Assembly (NCBI GenBank): GCA_002737705.1
Contig: NSIM01000008.1
Span: 606-64,605 of the forward strand
Direction of reading: 5' to 3'
From: Flavobacteriales bacterium
Lineage (GTDB): Bacteria; Bacteroidota; Bacteroidia; NS11-12g; UBA955
Length of the DNA stretch: 64,000 nucleotides
The translations under genes were made by a program, and so were the position numbers. Below are positions 42,033 through 51,756 of this stretch, piece after piece. Position 1 is the stretch's first letter. Each line of letters starts with the position of its first letter. The notes below the pieces were generated by a model, which saw only the letters and a program-made list of their open reading frames with translations, did no database searches and was not told the origin of the DNA.

Positions 42033-43034
42033 TCAATTGCCCATTAGGCGGTCTTTGATTCTTTTTAAGGTCCTTTTTACACCCGCGATACTGAGTGGAA
42101 ATAGCCATCGAAAACGCTCGTTCCACCGAAAATAATAGAGTACAGATTGGTATTCGTCACGTTGAGAAAAAGAATCATCGCCTATGGAAAATACCGATTT
42201 TACATATTCATTTCCAGCAATCATCGCAAATCCATGGGGCTTCAAAAGTGCCCTGATACTGTGCAAAGTAAAATGATAGGCATGGGCATTTTGGTAATAG
42301 GTCATCGCATCCATACTATAATTTTTATGAATGTTTTTAATACCGGGAACCTCAATATACAGTTTTGTTTGCGATGAACACAAACAGCGAATGGCTTTTA
42401 TTTCGGCATATAAATCTAGAATGTGTTCCATTACGTGAGAATACACAATTAAATCTATGGCATCTTTACAGTAAAAATCTGCCAAAGTGCTCACGCGAAG
42501 GTCTAGCGAATGATGCTTACTGCCATAATTTACATATTCTGAACCGAGATCAATTCCCATGACTTCATGCCCTTTGCTGCGAAAAAAATCCAAAATACCA
42601 CCCGCTCCACAACCTACTTCCAACACGCGCATTGGCCGAGTAGAAATTTGATTGGCCGAATCCAAAAATTCATAAATCCGTTTCCCTTGCTTTTGCTGCT
42701 CCCGAAAAAAAGCTTCACCAGCAACTTCAGAACCAACATACAAAGGCCGATACTCATTGTCATAAAAAGCAGAATACGCGGATTGTGTCATTCTAGGATT
42801 GGTATACACAAACCCACATTGCTTACAAATGCACACAGAAAAATACAATCCATAACGGTCTCTTTCTGCAATGCACTCAGGATTGTCTGCATTACACACC
42901 GCACAAAAAACCGATTCAAAATCGTATTCCCCGGTTTTTACCTTATTGGCCACTTCCTGCTTAACCCTAATTTGTATTGGGTTTAACACAATGGAAGGCA
43001 GGCCTTCACCCATCATTCTTGGAAATAACGCCAT
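42033..43034 (-). CDS. Class I SAM-dependent methyltransferase with N-terminal Cys4 zinc site
   Basis: CAVC...CKQCGFVYTNP, VLEVGCGAG, SHVMEH and IEVP. The ATG at 43034 is preceded by TAGATTTG (43041-43048). Confidence 0.88.
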   Translation of the reverse strand: MALFPRMMGEGLPSIVLNPIQIRVKQEVANKVKTGEYDFESVFCAVCNADNPECIAERDRYGLYFSVCICKQCGFVYTNPRMTQSAYSAFYDNEYRPLYVGSEVAGEAFFREQQKQGKRIYEFLDSANQISTRPMRVLEVGCGAGGILDFFRSKGHEVMGIDLGSEYVNYGSKHHSLDLRVSTLADFYCKDAIDLIVYSHVMEHILDLYAEIKAIRCLCSSQTKLYIEVPGIKNIHKNYSMDAMTYYQNAHAYHFTLHSIRALLKPHGFAMIAGNEYVKSVFSIGDDSFSQRDEYQSVLYYFRWNERFRWLFPLSIAGVKRTLKRIKDRLMGN

Positions 43035-43294
43035 CTCGGGCAAATCTATACAATTTATACTATTGGAACAATCTGGGCATGGATTTGAGTTTAAAACTAC
43101 CCCGTTGTGCGATTGGCAAAATAAAACTACTACGCATCAATCTGGTGGGCATGATAATTCGCTGTATTCCCAAATCCTTGGCGCGGGCTCACACAATTAC
43201 CCCCAGCAAAAAACACCAGTACACCTGTATAAATGACTTACAATTCTCTGTTTAATTGTATACTAACAGTCCTGCCCCGTTGTAATTAAAAGAG

Positions 43295-43399
43295 AATCAA
43301 TTGGTTAGAATAATCAGAATCTTTAAAATGGGAATCAACATTGCTAACCAATTGATTTACAGGTTTTTTTCAACTATCGCTATGCTGATAACCTGTAAA
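43295..43399. repeat. Two adjoining inverted repeats: 14 bp AATCAATTGGTTAG/CTAACCAATTGATT and 10 bp TTTACAGGTT/AACCTGTAAA
   Basis: Arms at 43295-43308 / 43344-43357 and 43356-43365 / 43390-43399. Confidence 0.8.
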
Positions 43400-43594
43400 A
43401 AACTGTAGAGAGATTGCGCCATTTTGCGTTTTTCCTAGGCTGTTCTTCCAACTTTAATGGATTACTCATTCTGATAGAAGGCCATTATCCCAAACTTCTT
43501 TTGAGAGATGTGAATTCCAATTCGATTGTTCGACGAATGAATTTTCCTATTTTTGTGTATTCATATCCCATTAAAGCCAACTAAAAAAACCGCA

Positions 43595-44458
43595 ATGTTC
43601 AAAACCCCCCAACTCATAGCCGAAATTGGATGCAACCACAAAGGCGATTTTTCCATTGCAAAGGAGTTGATTGTTATGGCCAAGCAAGCCGGGGCCCATT
43701 TTGCCAAATTCCAAAAACGCAACAATATAGAATTATTGACACCCGAACAATACCATGCACCCCACCCCAATCTGTCAAATGCTTATGGCAACACCTATGG
43801 TGAACACAGAGAATTTCTGGAATTTACCACAGATCAACATGCCGAACTAAAAAACTTCGCGGAATCTCAAGGAATTGGCTATTCAACCTCTGTTTGGGAT
43901 GTAACATCTGCCAAAGAAATTATACAAATAACGCCCGAATTTTTAAAAGTGCCTTCGGCGTGTAATAACCATTTAGAGCTTCTTCGGGTCTTGCGTGATG
44001 ACTACCTTGGAGATGTTCATATTTCAATGGGAATGACAACCCAAGCAGAAGAAAAGGAAATTGTTTCATTTTTTTTAGAAACTGGACAAGCCCATCGCTT
44101 GGTAATTTATTCATGCACATCGGGCTACCCCGTCCCCTTTGAAGACATTTGTTTGTTGGAGATTTTGCGAATTAAGGAACGGTACCAAAACGCAGTAAAA
44201 GACATTGGATTTTCAGGACACCATTTGGGCATTGCTGCAGATATCGCAGCCTATACTCTCGGTGCTTCATGGATTGAACGCCATTTTACAAAAGACAGAA
44301 CCTGGAAAGGCACCGACCACGCCGCATCCTTAGAATTTGCTGGATTACAAAAACTCGCCCGCGATTTATCGGCTGTGCACAAAGCCTTACGACCCAAAGC
44401 AACCGAAATACTGGACATCGAAAAAATACAACGAGACAAACTCAAATTCCGCGCTTAG
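43595..44458 (+). CDS. neuB: NeuB-family nonulosonate synthase (probable KDN-9-phosphate synthase)
   Basis: IAEIGCNHKG, KFQKR, CTSGYP, GFSGH, IERHFT and DHAASL. No C-terminal AFL/SAF domain. Confidence 0.9.
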   Translation: MFKTPQLIAEIGCNHKGDFSIAKELIVMAKQAGAHFAKFQKRNNIELLTPEQYHAPHPNLSNAYGNTYGEHREFLEFTTDQHAELKNFAESQGIGYSTSVWDVTSAKEIIQITPEFLKVPSACNNHLELLRVLRDDYLGDVHISMGMTTQAEEKEIVSFFLETGQAHRLVIYSCTSGYPVPFEDICLLEILRIKERYQNAVKDIGFSGHHLGIAADIAAYTLGASWIERHFTKDRTWKGTDHAASLEFAGLQKLARDLSAVHKALRPKATEILDIEKIQRDKLKFRA

Positions 44459-44462
44459 TGCT

Positions 44463-45149
44463 ATGAAAACAATTGCCTTTATCCCTGTTCGTGGGGACAG
44501 CAAATCGATCCCCAAAAAAAATATTTTAGATTTTAACGGGCATGCATTGGTTTATTGGGCATGCCTAGCAGCACAAAATTGTCGGTCTGTAGATGCAATC
44601 ATTGTCGCAACGGAATCTGCAGAAATTGCATCTACTGTCGATGCTTTTGGATTTAATAAAGTGCGTATTTACCATCGATCAACAGAAAGTGCCCAAGATA
44701 CATCTCCAACAGAATCTGTACTTTTAGAGTATATCGAAGCGGAAAAACCCAGCCCCGAAACACATATCGCGTTGATTCAAGCTACAAACCCTTTCATAAC
44801 CGCCCATGAACTCCAAAAGGGGTGCGATTTGCTGTTAAAACAAGCGGAAGGATCTGTCATCTCCTGCGCCATTTTTAAACGATTTTTATGGGATGAGAAT
44901 GGAAAATCCATCAATTATGATTTCATGAAACGCCCACGCAGACAAGACTTTTCTGGCATATTTCTTGAAAATGGTTCATTTTATATCAATTCCGTTAAAA
45001 ATATAGTGGCAACAGGAAATCGGCTTACAGAGCCCATTGCTATCGCCGCAATGGCTGAGTACAGTGCCACAGAAATCGACGAATTCGAAGACTGGCTGAT
45101 TGCAGAAAAAATACATAAGAAGTATATCTTAGACACAAAACAACCATGA
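44463..45149 (+). CDS. neuA: Acylneuraminate (CMP-KDN-type) cytidylyltransferase
   Basis: IPVRGDSKSIPKKN, QATNPF, RPRRQD, ENGSFY and EIDE. Confidence 0.9.
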   Translation: MKTIAFIPVRGDSKSIPKKNILDFNGHALVYWACLAAQNCRSVDAIIVATESAEIASTVDAFGFNKVRIYHRSTESAQDTSPTESVLLEYIEAEKPSPETHIALIQATNPFITAHELQKGCDLLLKQAEGSVISCAIFKRFLWDENGKSINYDFMKRPRRQDFSGIFLENGSFYINSVKNIVATGNRLTEPIAIAAMAEYSATEIDEFEDWLIAEKIHKKYILDTKQP

Positions 45150-45649
45150 ATCTCCCCAAACTAATCATTACGGATATTGATGGTGTATGGACTGACGGTG
45201 GAATGTATTACGACAATACTGGCAACGAGTGGAAGAAATTCAATACCATTGACAGTGCCGGAATTATTTTTTGTCGACAACTCGCTGTTCCCATTGCCAT
45301 TATTACCGGAGAAAACACCCAAATAGTAGCCAATCGTGCCAAGAAACTCAATATCGATTTAGTGTTTCAAGGCATTACTGACAAACTTCATGTTGCCAAA
45401 GAATTGTGTGAAAAAATGAATATCACGCTGTCTGAGGTTGCCTATATTGGCGATGATTTGGGAGACATAGACCTTTTAAAAGCAGTTGGATTTGCGGCTG
45501 CACCAGCCAATGCCAGCGATTATATCAAAGACTTGTGTGATTATACAACCAAAACCCAAGGCGGAGACGGCGCATTTCGTGAATTTATAGAAGAAATTCT
45601 TTCGAGATGTGGTTTAATGGAAAGCGTTCTAGAAAAATTTAATCTGTAA
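45146..45649 (+). CDS. C0 HAD phosphatase, KDN-9-phosphate phosphatase type
   Basis: DIDGVWTDGGMYYDNTGNEWKKFNT and GDDLGD. Glu56/Arg64/Lys67 match B. thetaiotaomicron BT1713 as recalled. Confidence 0.85.
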   Translation: MNLPKLIITDIDGVWTDGGMYYDNTGNEWKKFNTIDSAGIIFCRQLAVPIAIITGENTQIVANRAKKLNIDLVFQGITDKLHVAKELCEKMNITLSEVAYIGDDLGDIDLLKAVGFAAAPANASDYIKDLCDYTTKTQGGDGAFREFIEEILSRCGLMESVLEKFNL

Positions 45650-45653
45650 AACC

Positions 45654-46544
45654 GTGTTTTTCAACACCCTGCTTAGCATCGCCAAAATCCTCATCAAATC
45701 TCGCTGGATTAAGCCTGTAAAGGCATTGAATGGTGAACCATTGTTTATTGTTGGCAACGGTCCATCGGCACTGCCTTTTTTGGCAATGGCCAAAACCAAA
45801 AAACCTCCATTGCCCTTGTTTTGCGTGAACAAATTTGCAATTAGTCCAGAATTTCATTCGTTAAAACCGCACTATTATTTGCTACTGGATGGCGATTTTT
45901 TTCTTTTTAATGAAACCGTATTTCAAGATCCATCCAAACACCCCCGCGTTCAATTAAAACCCGAATTCACTGTCTACCAAGACCAAATAAACCGGACATG
46001 GCATGCCATTTTGGAACATACATGGGGAATGACATTGTTTATTCCAAGAACATACAAAAAAAGTTTTGTGGTTGCATTGGCAATCAAACAAAACATTCGC
46101 ATCCAATTTTTCAATTATACAGTAACCCAAGGCTTCAATTGGTTTAAAAACAGCGTATACGCTATGGGTTTAGGAATGCCACAATCCCAAAATGTAATTC
46201 ATGCAACCCTGTTTCTGGCGATCCAAATGGGTGTGAAAAATATCTATATTACAGGAATTGACCATGATTTTCACCGCAACTTGGTATTGGATGACACCAA
46301 TACCCTGTTTGAAGAGGTATCGCATTTTTACAACAAAGAACCCTTTAGGCATAAATTAATTCACGCGCATGGCAATGGAGAATCGGTTCGACTCAAAGAG
46401 GTGTTTTACAATCTGCACAAGGTTCATGTGGGATACGAAGAACTGCATCGCTTTGCCAAAAATTGTAAGTGCCAGGTTTTCAATATTACCCCTGGCGGAT
46501 TTGTGGATGAATTCCCCCGTGTGTCACTCGACACAATTGCCTAG
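45654..46544 (+). CDS. Putative nonulosonate (KDN) glycosyltransferase, DUF115/Cst-like
   Basis: IVGNGPS, CVNKF, NV...MGVKNIYITGID, SHFY and FNITPGG; last gene of the operon. Confidence 0.7.
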   Translation: MFFNTLLSIAKILIKSRWIKPVKALNGEPLFIVGNGPSALPFLAMAKTKKPPLPLFCVNKFAISPEFHSLKPHYYLLLDGDFFLFNETVFQDPSKHPRVQLKPEFTVYQDQINRTWHAILEHTWGMTLFIPRTYKKSFVVALAIKQNIRIQFFNYTVTQGFNWFKNSVYAMGLGMPQSQNVIHATLFLAIQMGVKNIYITGIDHDFHRNLVLDDTNTLFEEVSHFYNKEPFRHKLIHAHGNGESVRLKEVFYNLHKVHVGYEELHRFAKNCKCQVFNITPGGFVDEFPRVSLDTIA

Positions 46545-46796
46545 TCCAACTCTCGCCGCTAGCATTGTCAATAGAAAATACTTTCGCAAAAGAGCAAGTA
46601 TGTTGCTTTCGCAATGGAAAAAAATGATTCTATCCATTTTTATCCATCGGGGGGCTTTTTCTCAATCCGACGTAGTTTGTTTGGTTTCTGTTGTCCGGAC
46701 GTGGACCGCGGTTTTCACCAACAGTTCTTGGCCACACATTAACCCCCACTATTGGTTTGGGATACCGCCCCAGGGTCTTTGGGAATTTCTGGGCAA

Positions 46797-48341
46797 TTAA
46801 TCTCGCAATTTGATTCCCAATGGGACCAAGATCTTTTTGGCCATACTGTGAATGTCTTCACTCAGTCTAAAGTAGAGTATTACACCAATAGATCCACCCA
46901 CCAATACCAGTGTTTTCGCAATAGAAACTCCGATTATATTTCCAATACCCAAATAACCAAAAACCCGCAAATGTGAAATAGAAGCCTGTGTATCCCACAA
47001 ATAATTTAGAATAAAAAATACAGTAAACAACGCCACGCTAGAGGCAACTCTTATAGACAATGGCTGCAATTTATATACATGCCAAACAAGAACTGCCATT
47101 GCAATACCCGTGGCCAACCAAACACAAGCCGTTGCAATGGCGGCCCCTTCTAAACCATAAATTGGTATCAGCCAAAGTCCCATTACAATACCCACAAAAA
47201 TAGCAACAACATGCAGAATTAAGGACAAATAATAGCGTTTAGAAAAGATCAACATGGCTGCAGAATTTCCTTGCAAAAGCACAAAAAGTTTCCCAATACC
47301 CAGGTAAAAAACAGCCCATTTTCCCGATTGATAAATATTTCCATTTGGCATATAATAATACAACAAATCGATGTTCACCCAAATCAACAACAAGGCAAGC
47401 GCCCCGAGTATAAATTGGTTGAGGCTGGTTTTTTGATACAACCGTTGAATTTCTGGTTGATTACCCTGATGAATTGCTTCAGATAGTTTGGGATTGGCAA
47501 TTTGCAAGATGCTTCTTGTTGGAATTTCAATGAGCACGGCGATGTTTACGGCGATGGCATAAATCCCTGTTTGTGCAATGCCCTTCATTGAACTCACCAT
47601 CAAAAAATCCATTCGCTGCAAAACCAACATGGCCACATAGGTCAAAAATAAATACCCTGTATATCGATAAAAATCGGGTTTTAAGCCTGCTTGATTATTC
47701 ACAAATACCATATCTGGCTTGAATGACAATCGGGTGTTTTTTAATACAAACGAAACATTCAATACCATCACTACCGCATATACCGCCGCGATGGAGTGTA
47801 TCGTTTGACCAAAATCAATCTTGCCGACAAAATACAACCAACCCAATAATCCCAGTAAAATTCTTACAACATTTTCCCGCAAAAACGAGGCAAATACAAT
47901 CTTACCCAAAGACGCAGAAAAAATTTCAAATACCGTATTCAATACAAAAAAGAAAACAAAAGGTATCAACCAATAGTAATAGGGCAAAAAATCCTTGGAA
48001 TTCTTTGTCAAATACGCAAAGACCCATGGTTGACCATATACCAATAAAAATGCCACGAAAACAAATCCAATGCTTGGTATCAGCAATAACCAAAAACCCA
48101 CTCCATTGTGTCCGTTATCATTTTTAAACCTTGGAAAAAATTTCCAAATTGAATACCCTGTTCCCAATTGTGCAACTCCTGCAAGCAAGGCTCCCATTTC
48201 AATAAACAAACGAAAAACTCCGTTTTCACTCGGAGTAAATACCAATGGGAACAGATAAAACGCGGTGAACAGACCAATAAGACTGCCACTATAATTGACT
48301 ATAGACGCCCAAAAACTATTTCTGGCGATAGCACCCGACAT
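46797..48341 (-). CDS. Wzx-like oligosaccharide flippase (MOP superfamily)
   Basis: About 14 TMs, DFLMV...GIYAIA and LIPIYGLEGAAIAT; -7 box at 48346-48353. Confidence 0.88.
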   Translation of the reverse strand: MSGAIARNSFWASIVNYSGSLIGLFTAFYLFPLVFTPSENGVFRLFIEMGALLAGVAQLGTGYSIWKFFPRFKNDNGHNGVGFWLLLIPSIGFVFVAFLLVYGQPWVFAYLTKNSKDFLPYYYWLIPFVFFFVLNTVFEIFSASLGKIVFASFLRENVVRILLGLLGWLYFVGKIDFGQTIHSIAAVYAVVMVLNVSFVLKNTRLSFKPDMVFVNNQAGLKPDFYRYTGYLFLTYVAMLVLQRMDFLMVSSMKGIAQTGIYAIAVNIAVLIEIPTRSILQIANPKLSEAIHQGNQPEIQRLYQKTSLNQFILGALALLLIWVNIDLLYYYMPNGNIYQSGKWAVFYLGIGKLFVLLQGNSAAMLIFSKRYYLSLILHVVAIFVGIVMGLWLIPIYGLEGAAIATACVWLATGIAMAVLVWHVYKLQPLSIRVASSVALFTVFFILNYLWDTQASISHLRVFGYLGIGNIIGVSIAKTLVLVGGSIGVILYFRLSEDIHSMAKKILVPLGIKLRD

Positions 48342-48476
48342 AATTCAAAGGTAAGAAACATGCTAAAACTTTTGAATCTCATAGTTAAAGAAATATAAAT
48401 TACTTGGATAACTCTTGTAAAATTTGTAAATTGCAAGTGCATACAACACTTTTATAAACCATTTTAACCTACACCC

Positions 48477-49391
48477 ATGAAAAAAATCTTATTGTTTTTC
48501 CTCCTTACATTCAGTCTTACTGGATTGTTTCAAAGTTGCAAAAAGGATCCTGCCAACAATGTTGGACCCTCTGCGTCTCTCACCGTTACGAACAAACAGC
48601 GTTCTATGGTTGTTTACAATACTGCTACTTGGTGTGGTCCCTGCGGACTAAACGCAAAACCTGAGTTCAGTAAATTGGTTGCCGACAACAATAAAGACAA
48701 TATCTTGCCTGTAAGCTTCCACAATTCGAATTCATCTACGTTGGTGTCTATTTGGGCGAAACCCAATAATGATACTCTTTTTGTTGCTCCTTATCTTTTT
48801 GAATTACAACAAATTGTAACAAATATGCAATCAATACCCTGTTTCTGGTTAAACAATTCTTTGTTGGGTAGTACTCCTAAATACAATGACCTCGTAAACA
48901 ATGCTGCCGATGCCAATGGATATAAAACTGAAGTAGGTGTTGCCGCAAGTGCAAGTGCGAGCGGCATGATATTAAATATCAAATACAAATTGAAAGCTTT
49001 TGCTCCTGAAAAAGGTGACTATTATGTTTCTGCATTCGTCGTTGAAAAGAAAGTGAATGCTTTGCAAAATATCCAAAATTCGGGTTACGTGGCTTCCGAC
49101 CACTATAACGTAATGCGCGCATCTGCTCTAACCAATGCCTCCGGCAAGCCTTCTGCCTTTTCAACAACTGCCATCATGAGCAGCCCAATTGCAAATAATG
49201 AAGTTGAAAAAACAATCTCATGGACATACACCGATGTTTCCCCTACGATTAAAGCCAAATTCCCAAATTTTTCTTTTTGGAAATGGGATACTGCCAACAC
49301 AGCTGTAGTTGTAGCTGTATGGAGAAAGCTAACCGATAACCCTTCTAAGCCCTGGTACTTCATCAATGCAGTTTGGGTCGATGTGAAATAA
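48477..49391 (+). CDS. Omp28-related lipoprotein with thioredoxin-like CxxC
   Basis: Lipobox FQSC, TATWCGPCG and HYNVMR. Confidence 0.8.
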   Translation: MKKILLFFLLTFSLTGLFQSCKKDPANNVGPSASLTVTNKQRSMVVYNTATWCGPCGLNAKPEFSKLVADNNKDNILPVSFHNSNSSTLVSIWAKPNNDTLFVAPYLFELQQIVTNMQSIPCFWLNNSLLGSTPKYNDLVNNAADANGYKTEVGVAASASASGMILNIKYKLKAFAPEKGDYYVSAFVVEKKVNALQNIQNSGYVASDHYNVMRASALTNASGKPSAFSTTAIMSSPIANNEVEKTISWTYTDVSPTIKAKFPNFSFWKWDTANTAVVVAVWRKLTDNPSKPWYFINAVWVDVK

Positions 49392-49416
49392 TCTGCATTC
49401 CTTTATTAGAAACCTC

Positions 49417-49456
49417 AAAAAAAGAGTGGGTACTGTTTGGCACCCACTCTTTTTTT
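49417..49456. terminator. Bidirectional rho-independent terminator
   Basis: AAAAAAAGAGTGGGT-actgtttggc-ACCCACTCTTTTTTT between convergent genes. Confidence 0.88.
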
Positions 49457-49552
49457 ATATATCAGTTAGATATAACCTTTCATACATTGCGTCTGCTCCA
49501 ATATCCATTTCACATAAAAGCCTACTCAACTCATTGTGAACTTCTTATTACG

Positions 49553-50332
49553 TCATTTTCCTTTGAAATCCGCTTTTCGCTTCTCAACAAAAGCCGCCAT
49601 TCCTTCTTTTTGATCTTCGGTGGCAAACAACATGTAAAAATTCTTTCGTTCAAAATACAAACCCTCCTGCAAATGGGAATCAAAGGCCTTTAATACGCTC
49701 TCTTTGGCCATCTGCACAGCAATCGGTGATTTGCTGGCAATTTCTCCAGCCAACTTAATTGCCTCATCCAAATACAACTCCACGGGTACAATTTTATTGA
49801 TCAATCCGGCCTCCATGGCTTCTTCTGCAGAAATAAATTTGCCTGTCAACACCATTTCCATCGCCCTTACCTTTCCCACTGCGCGGGTCAACCGCTGCGT
49901 TCCACCCGCACCGGGCATCACCCCAATATTGATTTCTGGCTGACCAAATTGTGCCGTTTCACTGGCAACAATCATATCACACAACATACACAACTCGCAA
50001 CCTCCGCCCAAAGCAAATCCCGACACCGCCGCAATGATTGGCTTTTTTGTTTTACGAATACTGTCCCACGTAGAAAACTGATCGATTTTCAACATATCAA
50101 CCGCCGTTCTTCCTGCCATCTGCTTGATATCTGCCCCCGCCGCAAAAGCTCTTTCGTTTCCCGTAATCACAATTGCACGAACTGCATCGTCGGCATCCAA
50201 CATCAACAAAGCATCCCGAATCTCCCCCATCAACTGCAAATTCAATGCATTCAATTCCTTGGGACGATTCAATTGAATCTTTGCTACGTAAGGCGCCACT
50301 TGGGCATCGACCAAAATAAATTCATAAGACAT
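49553..50332 (-). CDS. Enoyl-CoA hydratase (PaaF-like crotonase)
   Basis: AFAAGADI, ALGGGCE, FGQPEI and PGAGGTQRL. Confidence 0.92.
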   Translation of the reverse strand: MSYEFILVDAQVAPYVAKIQLNRPKELNALNLQLMGEIRDALLMLDADDAVRAIVITGNERAFAAGADIKQMAGRTAVDMLKIDQFSTWDSIRKTKKPIIAAVSGFALGGGCELCMLCDMIVASETAQFGQPEINIGVMPGAGGTQRLTRAVGKVRAMEMVLTGKFISAEEAMEAGLINKIVPVELYLDEAIKLAGEIASKSPIAVQMAKESVLKAFDSHLQEGLYFERKNFYMLFATEDQKEGMAAFVEKRKADFKGK

Positions 50333-50377
50333 TGTGCGAAGTTACTATTTTCTGATTGATCAGCCTCGGCTGAAAAA

Positions 50378-50950
50378 CTAAGTCCCCATCCAACCTTTGG
50401 GCAGAATCCAATTCCGATACACCCGCACTAAGGCATAGGCAATAGCCAAGCCCAACAATGCACCAAAAAATACATCGCCAAAATAATGCACACCCAAATA
50501 CACCCGCGAATACGCGATGCAGGAAGCCAAGTACATCAGAGCCAAACGTGGGCGTCGTCCCAAACCCAAAAGCATCATCGCTGTACTAAAAACCGCAAAC
50601 GCATTGGCGGAATGACTGCTCACAAACCCATATTTGCTGCCTTTATCCCCATCGGGAAACCGCGGATTTAAAGAAGTCTCCCATGACGGCCTGAATCTCG
50701 CAAACATCGGCTTACAGATGCGTGAACTGATGCTGTCTGCCAAACCAAAAGATGCAAGGGTGAACAACAATGGAATCCAACATTTCTTTCCAAATTTCTG
50801 AACAAACAAACCTATAAACATCACATACAAGGGAACAAATGCCCATTTGCTGCTGAGGAAAATCATCATTGGATCCAATGATGATGTGGCCCAACGCTGA
50901 TTGATCAGTACAAATAAGTCGCGATCAAAAAAATCCAATACAAACATCAT
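50378..50950 (-). CDS. PAP2 family membrane phosphatase
   Basis: KPMFARFRP, SSH and SRVYLGVHYFGD. Confidence 0.9.
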   Translation of the reverse strand: MMFVLDFFDRDLFVLINQRWATSSLDPMMIFLSSKWAFVPLYVMFIGLFVQKFGKKCWIPLLFTLASFGLADSISSRICKPMFARFRPSWETSLNPRFPDGDKGSKYGFVSSHSANAFAVFSTAMMLLGLGRRPRLALMYLASCIAYSRVYLGVHYFGDVFFGALLGLAIAYALVRVYRNWILPKGWMGT

Positions 50951-50960
50951 AAAACGAAGA

Positions 50961-51686
50961 TCAACTTTTCTTTGATATCACCACGATGCGGGGAGACATT
51001 TTATCATCAAAATTGCCCAGTGCGTAATCGCCAAAGAACCCCACAATTCCCAAACCCGCCAATTGGTGCAACTCCGCCAACTCCGGCTGAGAAAAAATCC
51101 TCACTTGCTCCTGAAAGGCAAGGTCAGCGTCACCATCCCTCACCCAAATATCTTTCACGATGTGGTTTTCGGTGCGATATTTTTTTGTTTTGAAATCGTA
51201 GCCCCCCAAACTGCATTCAGCAGACTGAGGCAAACTGCCGATGACCGATGCAGCATTCAAATAGTCTTGAACCACATAGCCACCCGGTGCACATGCGGCG
51301 CACATATTGATCAATACTTTCAAATCATCGGCTGGATCATCAAAATAACCAAAGCTCGTAAACAGGTTAAAAACCGCTTTAAACCCTTGTTGGGGGAAAG
51401 TCTCACGCATATCGTGCACCTGAAAAACTGCCCCACCCACTTGCAAATCATTGGCCTTGGCAATGCTGTTCTCACTCAAATCCATGCCCCAAACAGCCAA
51501 ACCGTGAGCGGCGAGTTGCGCACTATGCCTACCTTTGCCACAGGCTATATCCGCAACACGCTCACCGGATTTTAACTGCAAATATGAAATCAACGTATCA
51601 ACAAACTTGGCTGCCTCACCCTCATTTCGATGTTGATACAGTGCGTGATAATACGAGGTATCGAACCAAGACTCAAACCATTTCAT
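50961..51686 (-). CDS. Class I SAM-dependent methyltransferase
   Basis: WFESWFDTSYYH, DIACGKGRH and NLFTSFGYF. ATG at 51686; -7 box at 51706-51713. Confidence 0.9.
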   Translation of the reverse strand: MKWFESWFDTSYYHALYQHRNEGEAAKFVDTLISYLQLKSGERVADIACGKGRHSAQLAAHGLAVWGMDLSENSIAKANDLQVGGAVFQVHDMRETFPQQGFKAVFNLFTSFGYFDDPADDLKVLINMCAACAPGGYVVQDYLNAASVIGSLPQSAECSLGGYDFKTKKYRTENHIVKDIWVRDGDADLAFQEQVRIFSQPELAELHQLAGLGIVGFFGDYALGNFDDKMSPRIVVISKKS

Positions 51687-51714
51687 CTGAATTTCCAATA
51701 TTTTTCAAAGGTAG

Positions 51715-51741
51715 TGTAACTTTTGGCATCCCTTGTGCGTA
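51715..51741 (+). promoter_or_regulatory. ECF-type promoter (TGTAAC-N17-CGTA)
   Basis: AAC-N17-CGT spacing immediately upstream of the ECF sigma remnant. Confidence 0.45.
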
Positions 51742-51756
51742 TTACCCATCAACTGA

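Noticed and set aside
46369-46976. ORFs spanning the transferase-flippase gap
   Set aside because: They overlap real genes out of frame and show no family signal.
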